From the NCBI GenBank assembly GCA_001179505.1, contig CDMY01000586.1, positions 1-46,866 of the forward strand: a stretch of DNA of 46,866 nt. Reading direction: 5' to 3'. The stretch's first letter is position 1. Every line of letters starts with the position of its first letter. The notes under the pieces were generated by a model. The model was not told where the DNA came from. It saw only the letters and a program-made list of their open reading frames with translations, and made no database searches. The stretch is from Vitrella brassicaformis CCMP3155. Its lineage: Eukaryota; Protista; Chromerida. A program made the position numbers and the translations under genes. Positions 10,977-21,568 of this stretch are shown here, one piece after another.

Positions 10977-12283
10977 CACCTGTCAACTGTGGTCGTCTTG
11001 CTCTGTCGCTCGGGACAGACGGGGACAGGCATTTCACCAGGAAAGAGGCAAGCTCGCCAAGCTCGCAGGGGCTCCGAAGAAAAGGACTTAACTCATTCCT
11101 TCGGAGAAGAAAAGAACTCCCTGAAACCGCTGCTGCAGAAGAAAAGGATTTTAAGAAAATATCGGAAGCGCGTGGAGTCGGTCGCGATGTGCCATGATGT
11201 CTGCAGAATACCCTGGTACGGATGGGGATCGGGGGATGGGAAGCATCGCAACACCGTCGCACTCATCCGACCTTCAGACAGAGCGAAAGGCAGCACGCCA
11301 GCACAACGCACCGATATGTATGGCCGTTGTTCTTGTCTTCATTGGCGCTGTCATGTCCGGCCCGGCGCGTCGATAGATCTTCATCGATTCGCTCCATCGA
11401 CGCCCAGAGCGGCGAAATCGTGATTGGATCTTTCTCGTCACTGCGTCCATATGGGTTTCCTGCAGAGTTTGTTTGCCCTGCTGTTTGCCTTATTCACGCT
11501 GTCCACGCAGGGCATACACAGCAGCACACAGGTCAGCTGACAGGCAGCAGCGCCGGCCGTACACATACACCCACGGGCATCTGGGGCAGGCAGAGCACAC
11601 GAGAGCGCACGTGGACTCGTCTACGTGTGTGTGTGTGTGATGTGTGTGTGCAGCCCCTTGCTGATCCAGCATCGTTCATCGGCCCCTCCCCTATTACTGC
11701 GTCGCGGCCGCAGCAACTTGCCTCTCCCGCCCGCCGCCGTCCCGGCACTCAGCAGCTCCCCGCTGGCTCGAAGCTAGGAGATTGGCTGGCGGACTTGCTT
11801 CCGAAAGCTCCTCCTCCTCCCAGCTCCAACCCACGAAAGATGCTTCGGAAGTGGGTGGTGCTAGTCACGGAGAGCGGCCGAAGACTACAACCTTTCCCCG
11901 TAGATGTGAGAGCCGGCACGTGCACCGATGACTTCAAGGCGATGATCAAGAAGAGCCCTTATTACCCGGCGCCGTACATGTGGGATGCACTTTACCTTTT
12001 TGAAGACGAAACCATCAATGAGGCCCTGCCCGTGAGCGAGGGTCTTGCGGGCAAGGGCGACCGCCCGGGGCGCCCCATACGCCTCACCATCATCCGGCCG
12101 CTACGTAAGGGAGGGAGACAGTTTGATTTGATTGAGTGTCCAAAGGGAAGAAGGAAGCCGTGCATGGCTTTGTGACCCACTCACGGCTACGCGGATGGAT
12201 GGATGGATATGCATGTGTGTGTGTGTGTGCTCTTTCAGGCACTGACCATCCCCGGTACGTCGTCCTCCCCTTCCCCCTTCCCT
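9985..12283. repeat. About 1-kb inverted repeat (arms about 9985-10976 and 11280-12283) around a spacer of about 300 bp
   Basis: The reverse complement of the left arm matches the right arm, including introns. ORFs 9967..11262(-) and 11222..12175(+) translate almost identically. Confidence 0.95.
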
Positions 12284-12417
12284 GGTGACCGACACCACAC
12301 TCGCACCGCACACAGACCGGCCGGCCGGCGGGCTCGCTGGCCATCCGTCCGTCCGTGCGTGTGCTTGTCACTTCATGTAGTTCTGTCTGTCTGTCTGTCT
12401 TCAGGTATTATGGTTGA
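11194..12417 (+). CDS. Right copy of the ubiquitin-like-domain gene; first exon MMSAEYP; short C-terminus
   Basis: ATG at 11194/11197 with donor G|gtacgg at 11216. The Ubl-like exon reads KWVVLVTESGRRLQPFPVDVRAG...IRLTIIRPL. Terminal micro-exons end at TGA 12415-12417. Internal splicing is uncertain. Confidence 0.5.
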
Positions 12418-13175
12418 CTGACCACTACGTAGATATCAATGGATATCAATGTAACCAGCGCAGCGACGCTGCAGGACAGACAGACAGACAGAACTACACT
12501 CAGGTGCCTTGCCTCGCCGCCTGCCTCTTGTATGTATCCACGTCTCTGTATGCATGCATTTGGGATTCTGTATTCTCGCGTGTGGGGATTTGTGTGGGTG
12601 TATGGGAATGTATGGGCGTGTGTTTGCGTAGCGAAGTCCAAGCGGAGCGCCTGACCCACCGTTCATGGCCTCAGTGCGTGTGAAATCGTTTGATGCATGT
12701 TGTCGATTGACAAGTCACAATGCATTTATCGCCATGGCCCGGATGGAAAAATTGACGTGTCAGCGTCATCGTGGTCACGTTGTAAGTCAGTGCACACACA
12801 CACGAGAGGTGCAAGCATGCAAGATGTCCGCAAGGCACACGCCTTTGCACTGATTTGGCCTTCAGACGTGCACTTGTGTTCCGAGGGGAAATAAGCAGCA
12901 CAAAATGCATACAAAGCAACCATCCCACCCCCCGAGATCATCCTCGCAACACCCACGCCAGCAAACCACAACACACGGACACCCGACACGCCAACTCAAT
13001 CACACGATGCAGACAAAAACCGAGTTGACCAGCTCGCCCCTCAGGCAACGCACCTCAAGAGGGAGCAAGGAGCCTGCAGCCAAAACCAGTCATTTCTCAT
13101 CCATCAGCAGTATCGGCTGTGTTCGCTCTTGTGTGTCGGGCATCAACCGACGCATCACTCCTCCCCCCCTCTCAG

Positions 13176-15056
13176 TCAGTCGATCCCCAGCGACACAAAC
13201 TCTCCCCCACTGCTGCCCTCGACACGCCAGCCCAGCTGCCGCCACACAAAGTGGCAGTCCTCATCGCCCAGGTGCTCGTTGAAGCCCTTCACCACCGCAT
13301 CCGCAAGCCCCCACATGCGCAACGCATGACGCGGGGCCGAGTTGCCGAGCGACTCCAGCCGCGCCTTGTGGACCACCTCACGCAGCCCCAGACGGCCGGC
13401 CGTGTGCACCACATGAGGCGGACGGCTGTCGGCCCCATCGGCGACGGCGAAGCACTGCAGCGGCACCCGCACCACCACGCTGCCCACATTCTCCTTGCGG
13501 CCCACCACCTCCCTGTTGCTGCTGGCCCTGAGCACTGCCGAGCGGACGAAGTGCTCGACGGCCGCACGCACACGCCGGGCCAGGACGCTGTGCCGCACAC
13601 CGATGGCCTCACTGATGGCCTCCCGGGCGGCAGCCATGTCGAAGAGGTAGGATGCGATGCGCCAGCCGAAGATGGGCGCCTCGTGGGGACCGACGGCCAG
13701 CCGGGGGGTGAGGAGGGCCGCGAGTGAGCGATGGGGGGCGAGGGCATTGTTGACCGCCGAGATGACGGCACCCGGCAGCTCGTTGAGCACTGTCGCGTAC
13801 TCGGCCAGCACCAGCTGACGCTGACGGAGGCTTGCCTGGATGGCATTGTGGTACGCCCGGATGGCTGAAGGGGGCATGTTGTTGTCTAAGCCAATGCTGT
13901 CGATGTCGGCGCCGGCCCGCAGCAGCGAACGGATGGTCAGCTTGCGGTTGCGCATCCGGAAGTCCTCTGGTGGCGTGTACGGCGAGATCGTTTCGTAGGC
14001 GGTAGAGGCAGCCTCGGCCAGGGGCGTGAGTGTCGGTTCGTTGATTTGGTCCACGGGCAGCCTGCGGCAGAGGTACTCGGTCACATAGGGCGCGCCGAGA
14101 TATGCCGCCGTCTGCAGCGGCGTTTTGCCATTGATGCCACCGACTGCCGTCATGTCTGCCCCGTGCCGTACGACGATGTCCAGGTAAATGTTGATGAACG
14201 ACTGGGAGTAATACCCCAACGCGCGCATGGCTGCCATGTGCAGCACGTTCTCGCTATGGGGTTGTTCGGTGGCGAGAGAGGGGCTGCGTTCGATGAGGGT
14301 GCTGTAGAATGACAGAAGCCGAGTCTGATAGTCGGGGGGAGGGGGATGCCCGGAATCGAGCAGCGGCATGGGCAGCGCCATCACCCAGAGTCCGTCCAGG
14401 TCGATGTTGTCCTGCGCCATCAGCAGCTTGAATGCCGCCTCGTTGCCGGATACGATTGCCACTTGGAGGGGTCTTTCCTCCGCGCCATCGGCCGCGTGAC
14501 GGGCTTGTCCACCGTTCACGTCGGCGCCTCCGTCAATCAGCGCAGTCAGGATGGCCTCCTGCAGCTCATCTGACGTCCACTGCGGCAGGGCGACAGCATC
14601 CAAATCCGCATTAGCTCGGATCGACAGCACGGTGTTGCCCGATGTGTTGTCGATAGCGAGAGCGAGCATCGAATACACACGGAGGCCACACCTGGTGCGG
14701 AAGCCACACCTGCTGCCCTTTCTTCGCAGCCCAGCCACGGCACGGGGGTTGGCTCCTTGCTGCCGAATAAGGGCGGTCAATTGGTGTGGGCCGGTGAGGG
14801 TGCGGCCGACGATGCCCGCTGCCATTCGCTTGGTGGCCTCGTTGGTGCCCCGAGGGAGGAGCATCTCCGTGTTGGTGGCCGTCAACCAGTTGATGGGCAA
14901 ATCAGTGGGGGCAGCGGCGCCGTCAAAAGTGAAAACTGCACAACAAACAGGGGGAATGTTTGTTGTGCCGGTTTGGCATGTACGTGCCGTACCGCTCTTC
15001 TCGTCGAAGTTGTATCCATTGTGTTGGTCACTGTCCAGTAAGCCACCCTGCAGCAA
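13176..15056 (-). CDS. Ankyrin-repeat protein with a conserved uncharacterised C-terminal domain (paralog 1); extra 5' exons likely extend to about 15330
   Basis: Long ORF with ankyrin motifs RPLQVAIVSGNEAAFKLLM, NVLHMAA, KTPLQTAAYLGAPYVTEYL and LLRAGADIDS. Confidence 0.85.
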   Translation of the reverse strand: MLQGGLLDSDQHNGYNFDEKSGTARTCQTGTTNIPPVCCAVFTFDGAAAPTDLPINWLTATNTEMLLPRGTNEATKRMAAGIVGRTLTGPHQLTALIRQQGANPRAVAGLRRKGSRCGFRTRCGLRVYSMLALAIDNTSGNTVLSIRANADLDAVALPQWTSDELQEAILTALIDGGADVNGGQARHAADGAEERPLQVAIVSGNEAAFKLLMAQDNIDLDGLWVMALPMPLLDSGHPPPPDYQTRLLSFYSTLIERSPSLATEQPHSENVLHMAAMRALGYYSQSFINIYLDIVVRHGADMTAVGGINGKTPLQTAAYLGAPYVTEYLCRRLPVDQINEPTLTPLAEAASTAYETISPYTPPEDFRMRNRKLTIRSLLRAGADIDSIGLDNNMPPSAIRAYHNAIQASLRQRQLVLAEYATVLNELPGAVISAVNNALAPHRSLAALLTPRLAVGPHEAPIFGWRIASYLFDMAAAREAISEAIGVRHSVLARRVRAAVEHFVRSAVLRASSNREVVGRKENVGSVVVRVPLQCFAVADGADSRPPHVVHTAGRLGLREVVHKARLESLGNSAPRHALRMWGLADAVVKGFNEHLGDEDCHFVWRQLGWRVEGSSGGEFVSLGID

Positions 15057-15950
15057 ACAGATAGCCCCCCGATGACGTTGGGTGGGTGGAGTTCGTGCCT
15101 TACGTCATCAGCGGCTGTCGCACCCTCACGCTGCTGCTCGTCTGAATGACAAGTGACACAGAATGAGTGACACAAAATGAGTGCACCTTTTTGTGTGTGT
15201 GGCTCACCGTCGTGGTTGGTGTCTTGGTGTGGCTGCCCGCTGCCGCCGTGCTCACGCACATCCACTCCACCTGCTGACAAGCATGCTCGTGGGGGGGTGT
15301 ATGGTGTCTTGTGAATGTGTGTGGCATTCAAATACCTGCTTCGCCATGCACCGGATGGGCAGCCGAGGGCACGTCAGTGTCGGGCCGCTCAGACATCACA
15401 AACACACACCGACACCTCAACGGTACACAAACAGTTACTGTCGTCTTTCCACGATTGACGGTCGCTGACGCTCACTGTGTGGTGCTGTCTGCGTTGCCTC
15501 ACCGGCACTCAATGAATGAATGGATGAATCAATCAATCAATGAATGAATGAATGGCTCTCCGCCACGACAAAGCTGACCTGAACACACAATCACATGCCG
15601 TCTGCCTTTCATGGTGCCTGAATAGTTCGTCACTCACCGGGGCAACTGAATCCAGCAGGTCGGGTGTGTCAGCTCCTTCAGCAGCCTCCCACAACGACGC
15701 GAGAGGCAGGTCCGCTATGCATGCGATATCGAAAGAGAGGCTGAAAAGGGAAATGGTCTCATGACTCTCATCCGCTGTGGCCAGTCTGCTCCACAGCCGC
15801 CTCTACACAACGGCAAATGCCGGCGACAAACGAGGCTCGAGAAAGCCAAGCTCGCCAAGCTCGCAGCTGGAAGGGACGAAAGATCTGAATGTGGACGTTT
15901 GCTGGAGTGAAGCAGAGGCGCGTCCGGTGTCGGCTGATGAGTGAGATGTG

Positions 15951-16754
15951 ATGTCACTTGAGTCCGTCAAGAAGAGCCTCTGGGTGGCGGCCAAGTCAGT
16001 CCAGCTCATCGGCGTCCTCCACGTCATACACGAGTACCTATTCGACTTCTCATCGGTGAATCAGTGACCAACACACCGAGAGCGGCTCATGCATGGCCAT
16101 GGCAGAGGGAGATCTTCATGTTGATTTGTGTGTGGGGGGGTATGCAGGCCGTCGGCCCTTCGATGATTCCAGCGCTCAATGACAAGGGCGACATTGTCAT
16201 TTACGAGCGGCTCACTTATCGGCTGCGTGGCTTCGAGAGGGGCGAGGTCGTCATTGCCGTGTCGCCAGAGAACTCACAGCTGCGCGTGTGCAAACGCATC
16301 ATTGCCACGGTGGGTGCTGTAGGACACACATAGATGCGGACAGTCATGTGCTCCTGTTCGGCCATTGGTTGCAGGAGGGCGACAGAGTGATAACGGGTGT
16401 GAGCGGCGCCAAGAGCATCGGCCAGTATGACGTCAAGACCACCACCGTGCCCCGGGGCCACGTGTGGCTGCAGGGCGACAATCCGCTGCACTCACACGAC
16501 AGCCGCCATTACGGAACCGTGCCCGTCGGACTCCTCCTCGGCAAAGTCACCTGGAAGGTCGGCTGAAGGCTTTGACAGCAATGGCATAGATGGGGAGCGG
16601 CTGACTGCGGATGTTCCTTCTTTGCTTGTGTGGTACATACGTGTTAATTGTTCAGGTTTGGCCGTTCTATCAGGTGTGTCGGGTGTCGCGTGAGGTGCCG
16701 CTGGAGGCCAAGGCTTCGGTGATTCCTTTCGGGGTCGCGACGGTGCCCGGCTGA
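15951..16754 (+). CDS. IMP1: Mitochondrial inner membrane protease subunit 1 (peptidase S26), 4 exons
   Basis: AVGPSMIPAL carries the catalytic Ser, RVCKRIIAT the catalytic Lys; also VPRGHVWLQGDNPLHSHDSRHYGTVP and final VWP. Stop TGA at 16752-16754. Confidence 0.92.
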
Positions 16755-17582
16755 TCAATGAGTGGATGGGTGCTGGTGTTGGTGTTGGTGCAGGGGTGGT
16801 CAGCCTGCTCCGCTCTGTACAGTCGTGTGCATTCACTGTACATGTGTGTCTTTGTGCGTCGGTGCCCATGTAGGTCTCTGGTTTGAGGAGACAGACAGAC
16901 AGACCGACCGACCTGTACAGCTGGTCCACTTATACATACAGACCTTGATCACTAACTATTGGACATGTGACGTCAGTTAAGTGGCTGTGGTGCATCGGCA
17001 CGTCAAGTGTGAAGATTCCCTGCCATTCATCCATCCACTCCTCCACAGTCATGGTTCTGGGACGCGTTGACGCGCGAATTGCTCAGTCCGTCTGTTGTTG
17101 CCTTTGTCCTTTCACTACGCGACACTTCTTATCCAGGCAGGCAGGCAGGCAACGACGATCCATCCATCCATCCATCCATCCATCTAGGCACTCATTCACT
17201 CCATCAGCCATGGCATCCATGAGTCGCTCAGGCAATCAGTACACACTCAGCGTGGCGTCGGCGTCTTCGCCGACACCACCTGGGGGATGGGTGGTGGAAG
17301 GATACACCAAAAACACAGACAGCGGATTGGGGGCGGGCTGGACCGGTGGGGCTTTTCCTCATGTGTGTGTATGGTTTGCTTGCGACGGCAGGCAGTCAGG
17401 CAGGCAGGCAGGCGAGCGATTGATGACTCCGGCAAAGGAACTGAGGGACAACAACAGACAGAAAGCAGGGGAGAGCCAGGGGTAGATGGACATACGGTCA
17501 TTTGTGTGCCTGTGTGCTGTGTGCCCGCCCACCGACCCACCGACCTCTATGTATGTGTGTGTTGTCCACCATGCTGTGTGTT

Positions 17583-19165
17583 TCAGCAGCAGGGGCATCG
17601 GCGTCTGTGTTTCTTGCTCTGCTTCTTCTTCTTCTTGAAGAGTCCGGGGTACATGGCGCGGACCTGGGCGGCGGCCATCTTCTGCTGCTCCTTGACCATC
17701 TCGGCCTGGCGCTCCTGCATCTCCTGCATCTGCTGCTCGTACTGGATGCGCTGCTGCTCCTGAATCTCAGCCTGCACAGTGGCCTGCTCCTCGGCCCACT
17801 TCTCGTACTCCTTCTGCTGCTTCTCCATCTCGGCCTGCCCCGGGGGGGCCTTCTCGCAGCAGGCCCAGGAGCTCTTCTTCTTGGCGGGGGGCACGGAGCG
17901 CTCCATCGCCTGCTGGTAGGCCTGCTCGTTGGCCTTCTGAGCCTCCGCAACGGCCTTCTCGTACTCACCTGACCACCAACCACATCACACACAGAGACAG
18001 AGACACCATGAGGGAGAGACGTGGATGGATTGTGTGTCGGGTACGTTGGTATTCCTCCTGTGCCTTCTGCTGGTCCTTCATCATCTTCTCGTACTCCTTC
18101 TGCTGCCTCTCGTACTCGGTCTCGGGAGCCTTCTCGCCGCAGCAGGCCCAGGAGCTCTTCTTCTTGGCGGCCGGGACGCCCCTCTCGGCAGCAGCGGCGG
18201 CAGCCTGCTGCTCCCAGTCCTTTTGGGCCTGCTCGTTGGCCTTCTCGGCATCCTTCAGAGCCTGCTCGTACTGACCTGCAGCACAAACAGACAGATCCAA
18301 TGGCACAAAGACATGCTTTGGTGCCGGTGGGGGCGAGGGGGTGGGGGAATGGTGTAGGTACGCTGGTATTCCTCCTGGGCCTTCTGCTGCTCCTTCATCA
18401 TCTTCTCTTGCTCCTTCATGGCCTTCTCGTATTCGGTCTCGGGAGCCTTCTCGCCGCAGCAGACGCCACACGACTTCTTCTTGGGCATGGCGCGCTCCAT
18501 GGCCTCCTTCTGCTGACGCTCAGCCTCCTTCTGCTGCGTCTCGATCATCTTCTGCTGCTCCTTCTGGTACTTCTCCATCTGCTTCTGCGCCTCCTTCATC
18601 TGCTTCTCTTGCTCCTTCTGCTGGGCCTGCACAACACAGAGACACAGAGAGAGACACAGGGATGGATCGGCACTGTGTCTCCCTCCCTCCCTCTCTCCCT
18701 CCGTTGTGTCGGCCCACCTGCTGGAACTTGATGACAGCGTCCTCTGCGGCCTGGAGGAATGCACAGGCGCAGCACTTCCAGGCCTCGACGTCCATCTGCT
18801 TCTCGTTGACGCCGAGGTAGCGAAGGTAGCCGCGGGCCTTCCTGGGAGACAGCGCACCCTGGGCGTCCGACACGCCATCCAAACCGGGGGGGCCGTAGTA
18901 CCGACCGATCACCGACTTCAACATGGGCTCCAGAGGCTGTTGTACCACAGGGCAACACGCACAGAGAGAGAGAGAGAGATAGAGAGTAGTCGACAACGGG
19001 GTTCCTTGCCTCTCACCGTCAATGCGAGTGTGCCTTCCTGAGCGGTGTCCATCTGCTGGAAATGCCCCACGAGCTCCATATCCAGGCCGGGACGGGCTGA
19101 CCAGGCAACACCACACCGACAACAAACACAACACAGGCCGACTCACGACATGCAGAAGGAGTCAT
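17583..19165 (-). CDS. Coiled-coil (E/K/Q-rich) protein with three exon-encoded KKKS..CC repeats, a polybasic CPCC C-terminus and a possible N-terminal EF-hand-like segment
   Basis: In-frame exons give KKKSCGVCCGEKAPETEYEK, KKKSSWACCGEKAPETEYER, KKKSSWACCEKAPPG and end KKKKKQSKKHRRRCPCC*. N-terminal FQQMDTAQEGTL. The start at 19165 is inferred. Confidence 0.75.
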
Positions 19166-19306
19166 TTCTCTCCCCCCGCCTCCCTGCACCCCTCCCCTCC
19201 CTCCCCCCGGCTGTTATCTTACTGGAGAAGAATTCCCCCAGGGCCTCGGCCTTCTTCTCAGCGGAGAGAGAGCCGCCCATCGTCACCCAACGAACAAACA
19301 CTCACA
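19166..19306. promoter_or_regulatory. Bidirectional promoter region between the multi-Cys coiled-coil gene and GAPM
   Basis: The inferred divergent ATGs are about 140 bp apart. Confidence 0.5.
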
Positions 19307-21255
19307 ATGTACACGGAACCACTTGACACGTCAAATCGGAGGGCCGCTCTGGGGAGGGACCGGGCAACGGATGCGTGTGCAGACTCTCCCGCCGAAGAAC
19401 TCCCGAAGGGTGGGGGCGCGTTGTCCACCCCCAGTCTCGACTCGCGACCCAATCTCAAGCTGGCCAGATCTCCCGGGCCAACGGAGATTGAAAACCGCAG
19501 ACGCCCGCTCAAGGTTATCGACCTGCCGGCGATAATGGATATGCAGGCGTTTGTGGACACCTTCTCCAAGAACACTCTCAGAGTGGGCATCACCCTGCAG
19601 GTACTGACGCCGCCAAGGATGGGCATTGGGCAGGATCAGCGCCGTACCTCCTTTCTTCCCGGTGTGCGGTGCAGTTGGTGTCGTTCATCACGCTGATCAG
19701 CGTTTGGTATGCGTTGGCAGGAGGCGACTTCGTCGACGGTATCAACGGACTCATCGAGGTGAGGAGAGGAGCAGTCTGAGAGATGGATGCACTCACAGAT
19801 GCACGGACGGATGGAATGGACTGATGGAAGTGTTGGGTTGTTGTGGGTGTTGTGTTGTGTTGTGGTGTGTTGTGTTGTGGTGTGGTGTGGTGTGGTGTGG
19901 TGTGGTGCAGTACACGGATGACACCCTGCGCGACAATTCTCTACTCAACGCGGCGGAGAAAGCCGTCAACCTTCGACTCCCAATGTGCGTATCTATGTTG
20001 GCCACACCGCAAAGCGCTGGCCGTGACGGTCTACTTGTGTGTGTGTGTGTGTGTGTGGTGTTGCTGTTGTGCAGGGCCATCATTACGTTCTTCTTCCTGG
20101 TGAGTGACCCATCCCAGCGATGCCCAACGGATGCATAATCTCCACCCGTCCCTGCCCTCTGTGTGTGCTGCAGCTGGGGGCCCTGTATTTGGCCGTCTTC
20201 CAGAGTGCGATGGATGGATGAATGAATGGATGGAACCACTGCAATGCAATGCATCGCACGGCAGAGAGAGACCTGCAGGGATCTATCTGTTGTTGTGTCG
20301 GTTCAGGTTTTCTCCACCAGGGCGAAAGGGCCAACAGAGGTCACATACACGTGCAACAAGACAGAGAGTGATGCGCCCGCCGTCTTGACGGACATCAAGT
20401 GTGTGTGTGCAGGTTTCCGTGCTGGTGGGAAGTTCCTGATGTACGCCGTGACGTTCGACATCCTGCAGCTGCTCACGACGTTCATCTTCTGGGGCGCTCT
20501 GTGCAAGGTCGGTCCACAGACACATGCCATGCATCGTCTTCTGTCCGGCCCGGATGGTGGATGAATGTGTTGCAGTTCGACAGCAACGCCACGCAGAACA
20601 TGCAGGGTTTCCTGGCGTCTGGTGCGACCAATCGTGCCCTCTTCATCTCCCAGACGGTCGCGAGCATCGGGTGGATCTTCTACGCCGCCGCATTCTTCCT
20701 TATGGAGGTGAGCGAGGTGCTAATGGATGGATGAATGAAGGGGCTCGTTGTAAGTTTGTCGTAATGGCGTCAGCTCAACAACACGGAGGGTCCTGGGATG
20801 GTGTTCGGGTGGATCATTGCCTCGTCCTACAAACTCGCCGGTGACGAAGTGACTCAGAGAAGCGCAAAGGGGATACCCACGTCTCGTGTGTTGTGTTGTG
20901 TGTTCAGCGGTGTTGGGGCTGGTGTATGTGTTCCTGCCGACGACCGCCCCCAGCTTCTGGATGCACCTGGCCATGATGGTCTTCTACGGCCTGGGGCTCT
21001 TCGTCGCCACCATCTGGGCATTCATGTTCGAACCCACCATCCACTGGGTCGGTGGGGGAGGGACCTTACACGCAAAGACCACACAGACATCGGGATACAC
21101 ACGACTGCGACGCCCATACGCACATCGCATTTGAGTATTGCATATGTGTGTTGGTCGGTGTGTTGCAGGAGGGGGCTCCGGGGATGTATGCGGAGAGCTA
21201 CGAGTTGGCCCCCGCCCTCGCACCCAAGCCCGTCATGGCCACGACCATGTCGTGA
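19307..21255 (+). CDS. GAPM: Glideosome-associated protein with multiple membrane spans (GAPM family), about 11 exons
   Basis: The spliced product has NTLRVGITLQ, LGALYLAVFQ, GFRAGGKFL, FYAAAFFLME, YKLA and TIWAFMFEP. These match my recollection of apicomplexan GAPM motifs. About six TM segments. Confidence 0.88.
19851..19908 (+). repeat. (TGTTG)n/(TGTGG)n intronic microsatellite, representative of many (GT)n, (GA)n, (CAGA)n, (ATGG)n and (ATGA)n tracts in the window
   Basis: Directly visible pentanucleotide run inside a GAPM intron. Confidence 0.9.
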
Positions 21256-21568
21256 GCAGCCCGCCGCAACAATACAACACGATACTAGCACACATTAGAT
21301 AGGGGGCACGTAGGCAGGCAGGGGCGGGAGGGAACAGCGGGCGCCGGCGCATCAGACATACGGAGTTTTAATAACGGGGGATGTCAGAGGGGTTCGGTGC
21401 TGGATTTTTCGTTGCGGACACCACACACTGTCACATCCATTGTTTATATCACACCACCACATCCACACGTTCATGGAACGTCCATGTCTCGACTCTACTT
21501 TCCCATGAAGTGACGGCAGCCTTGGCGGCTCACAATTACGCCCACCCATGAATGCACCTCTTTGTCTG

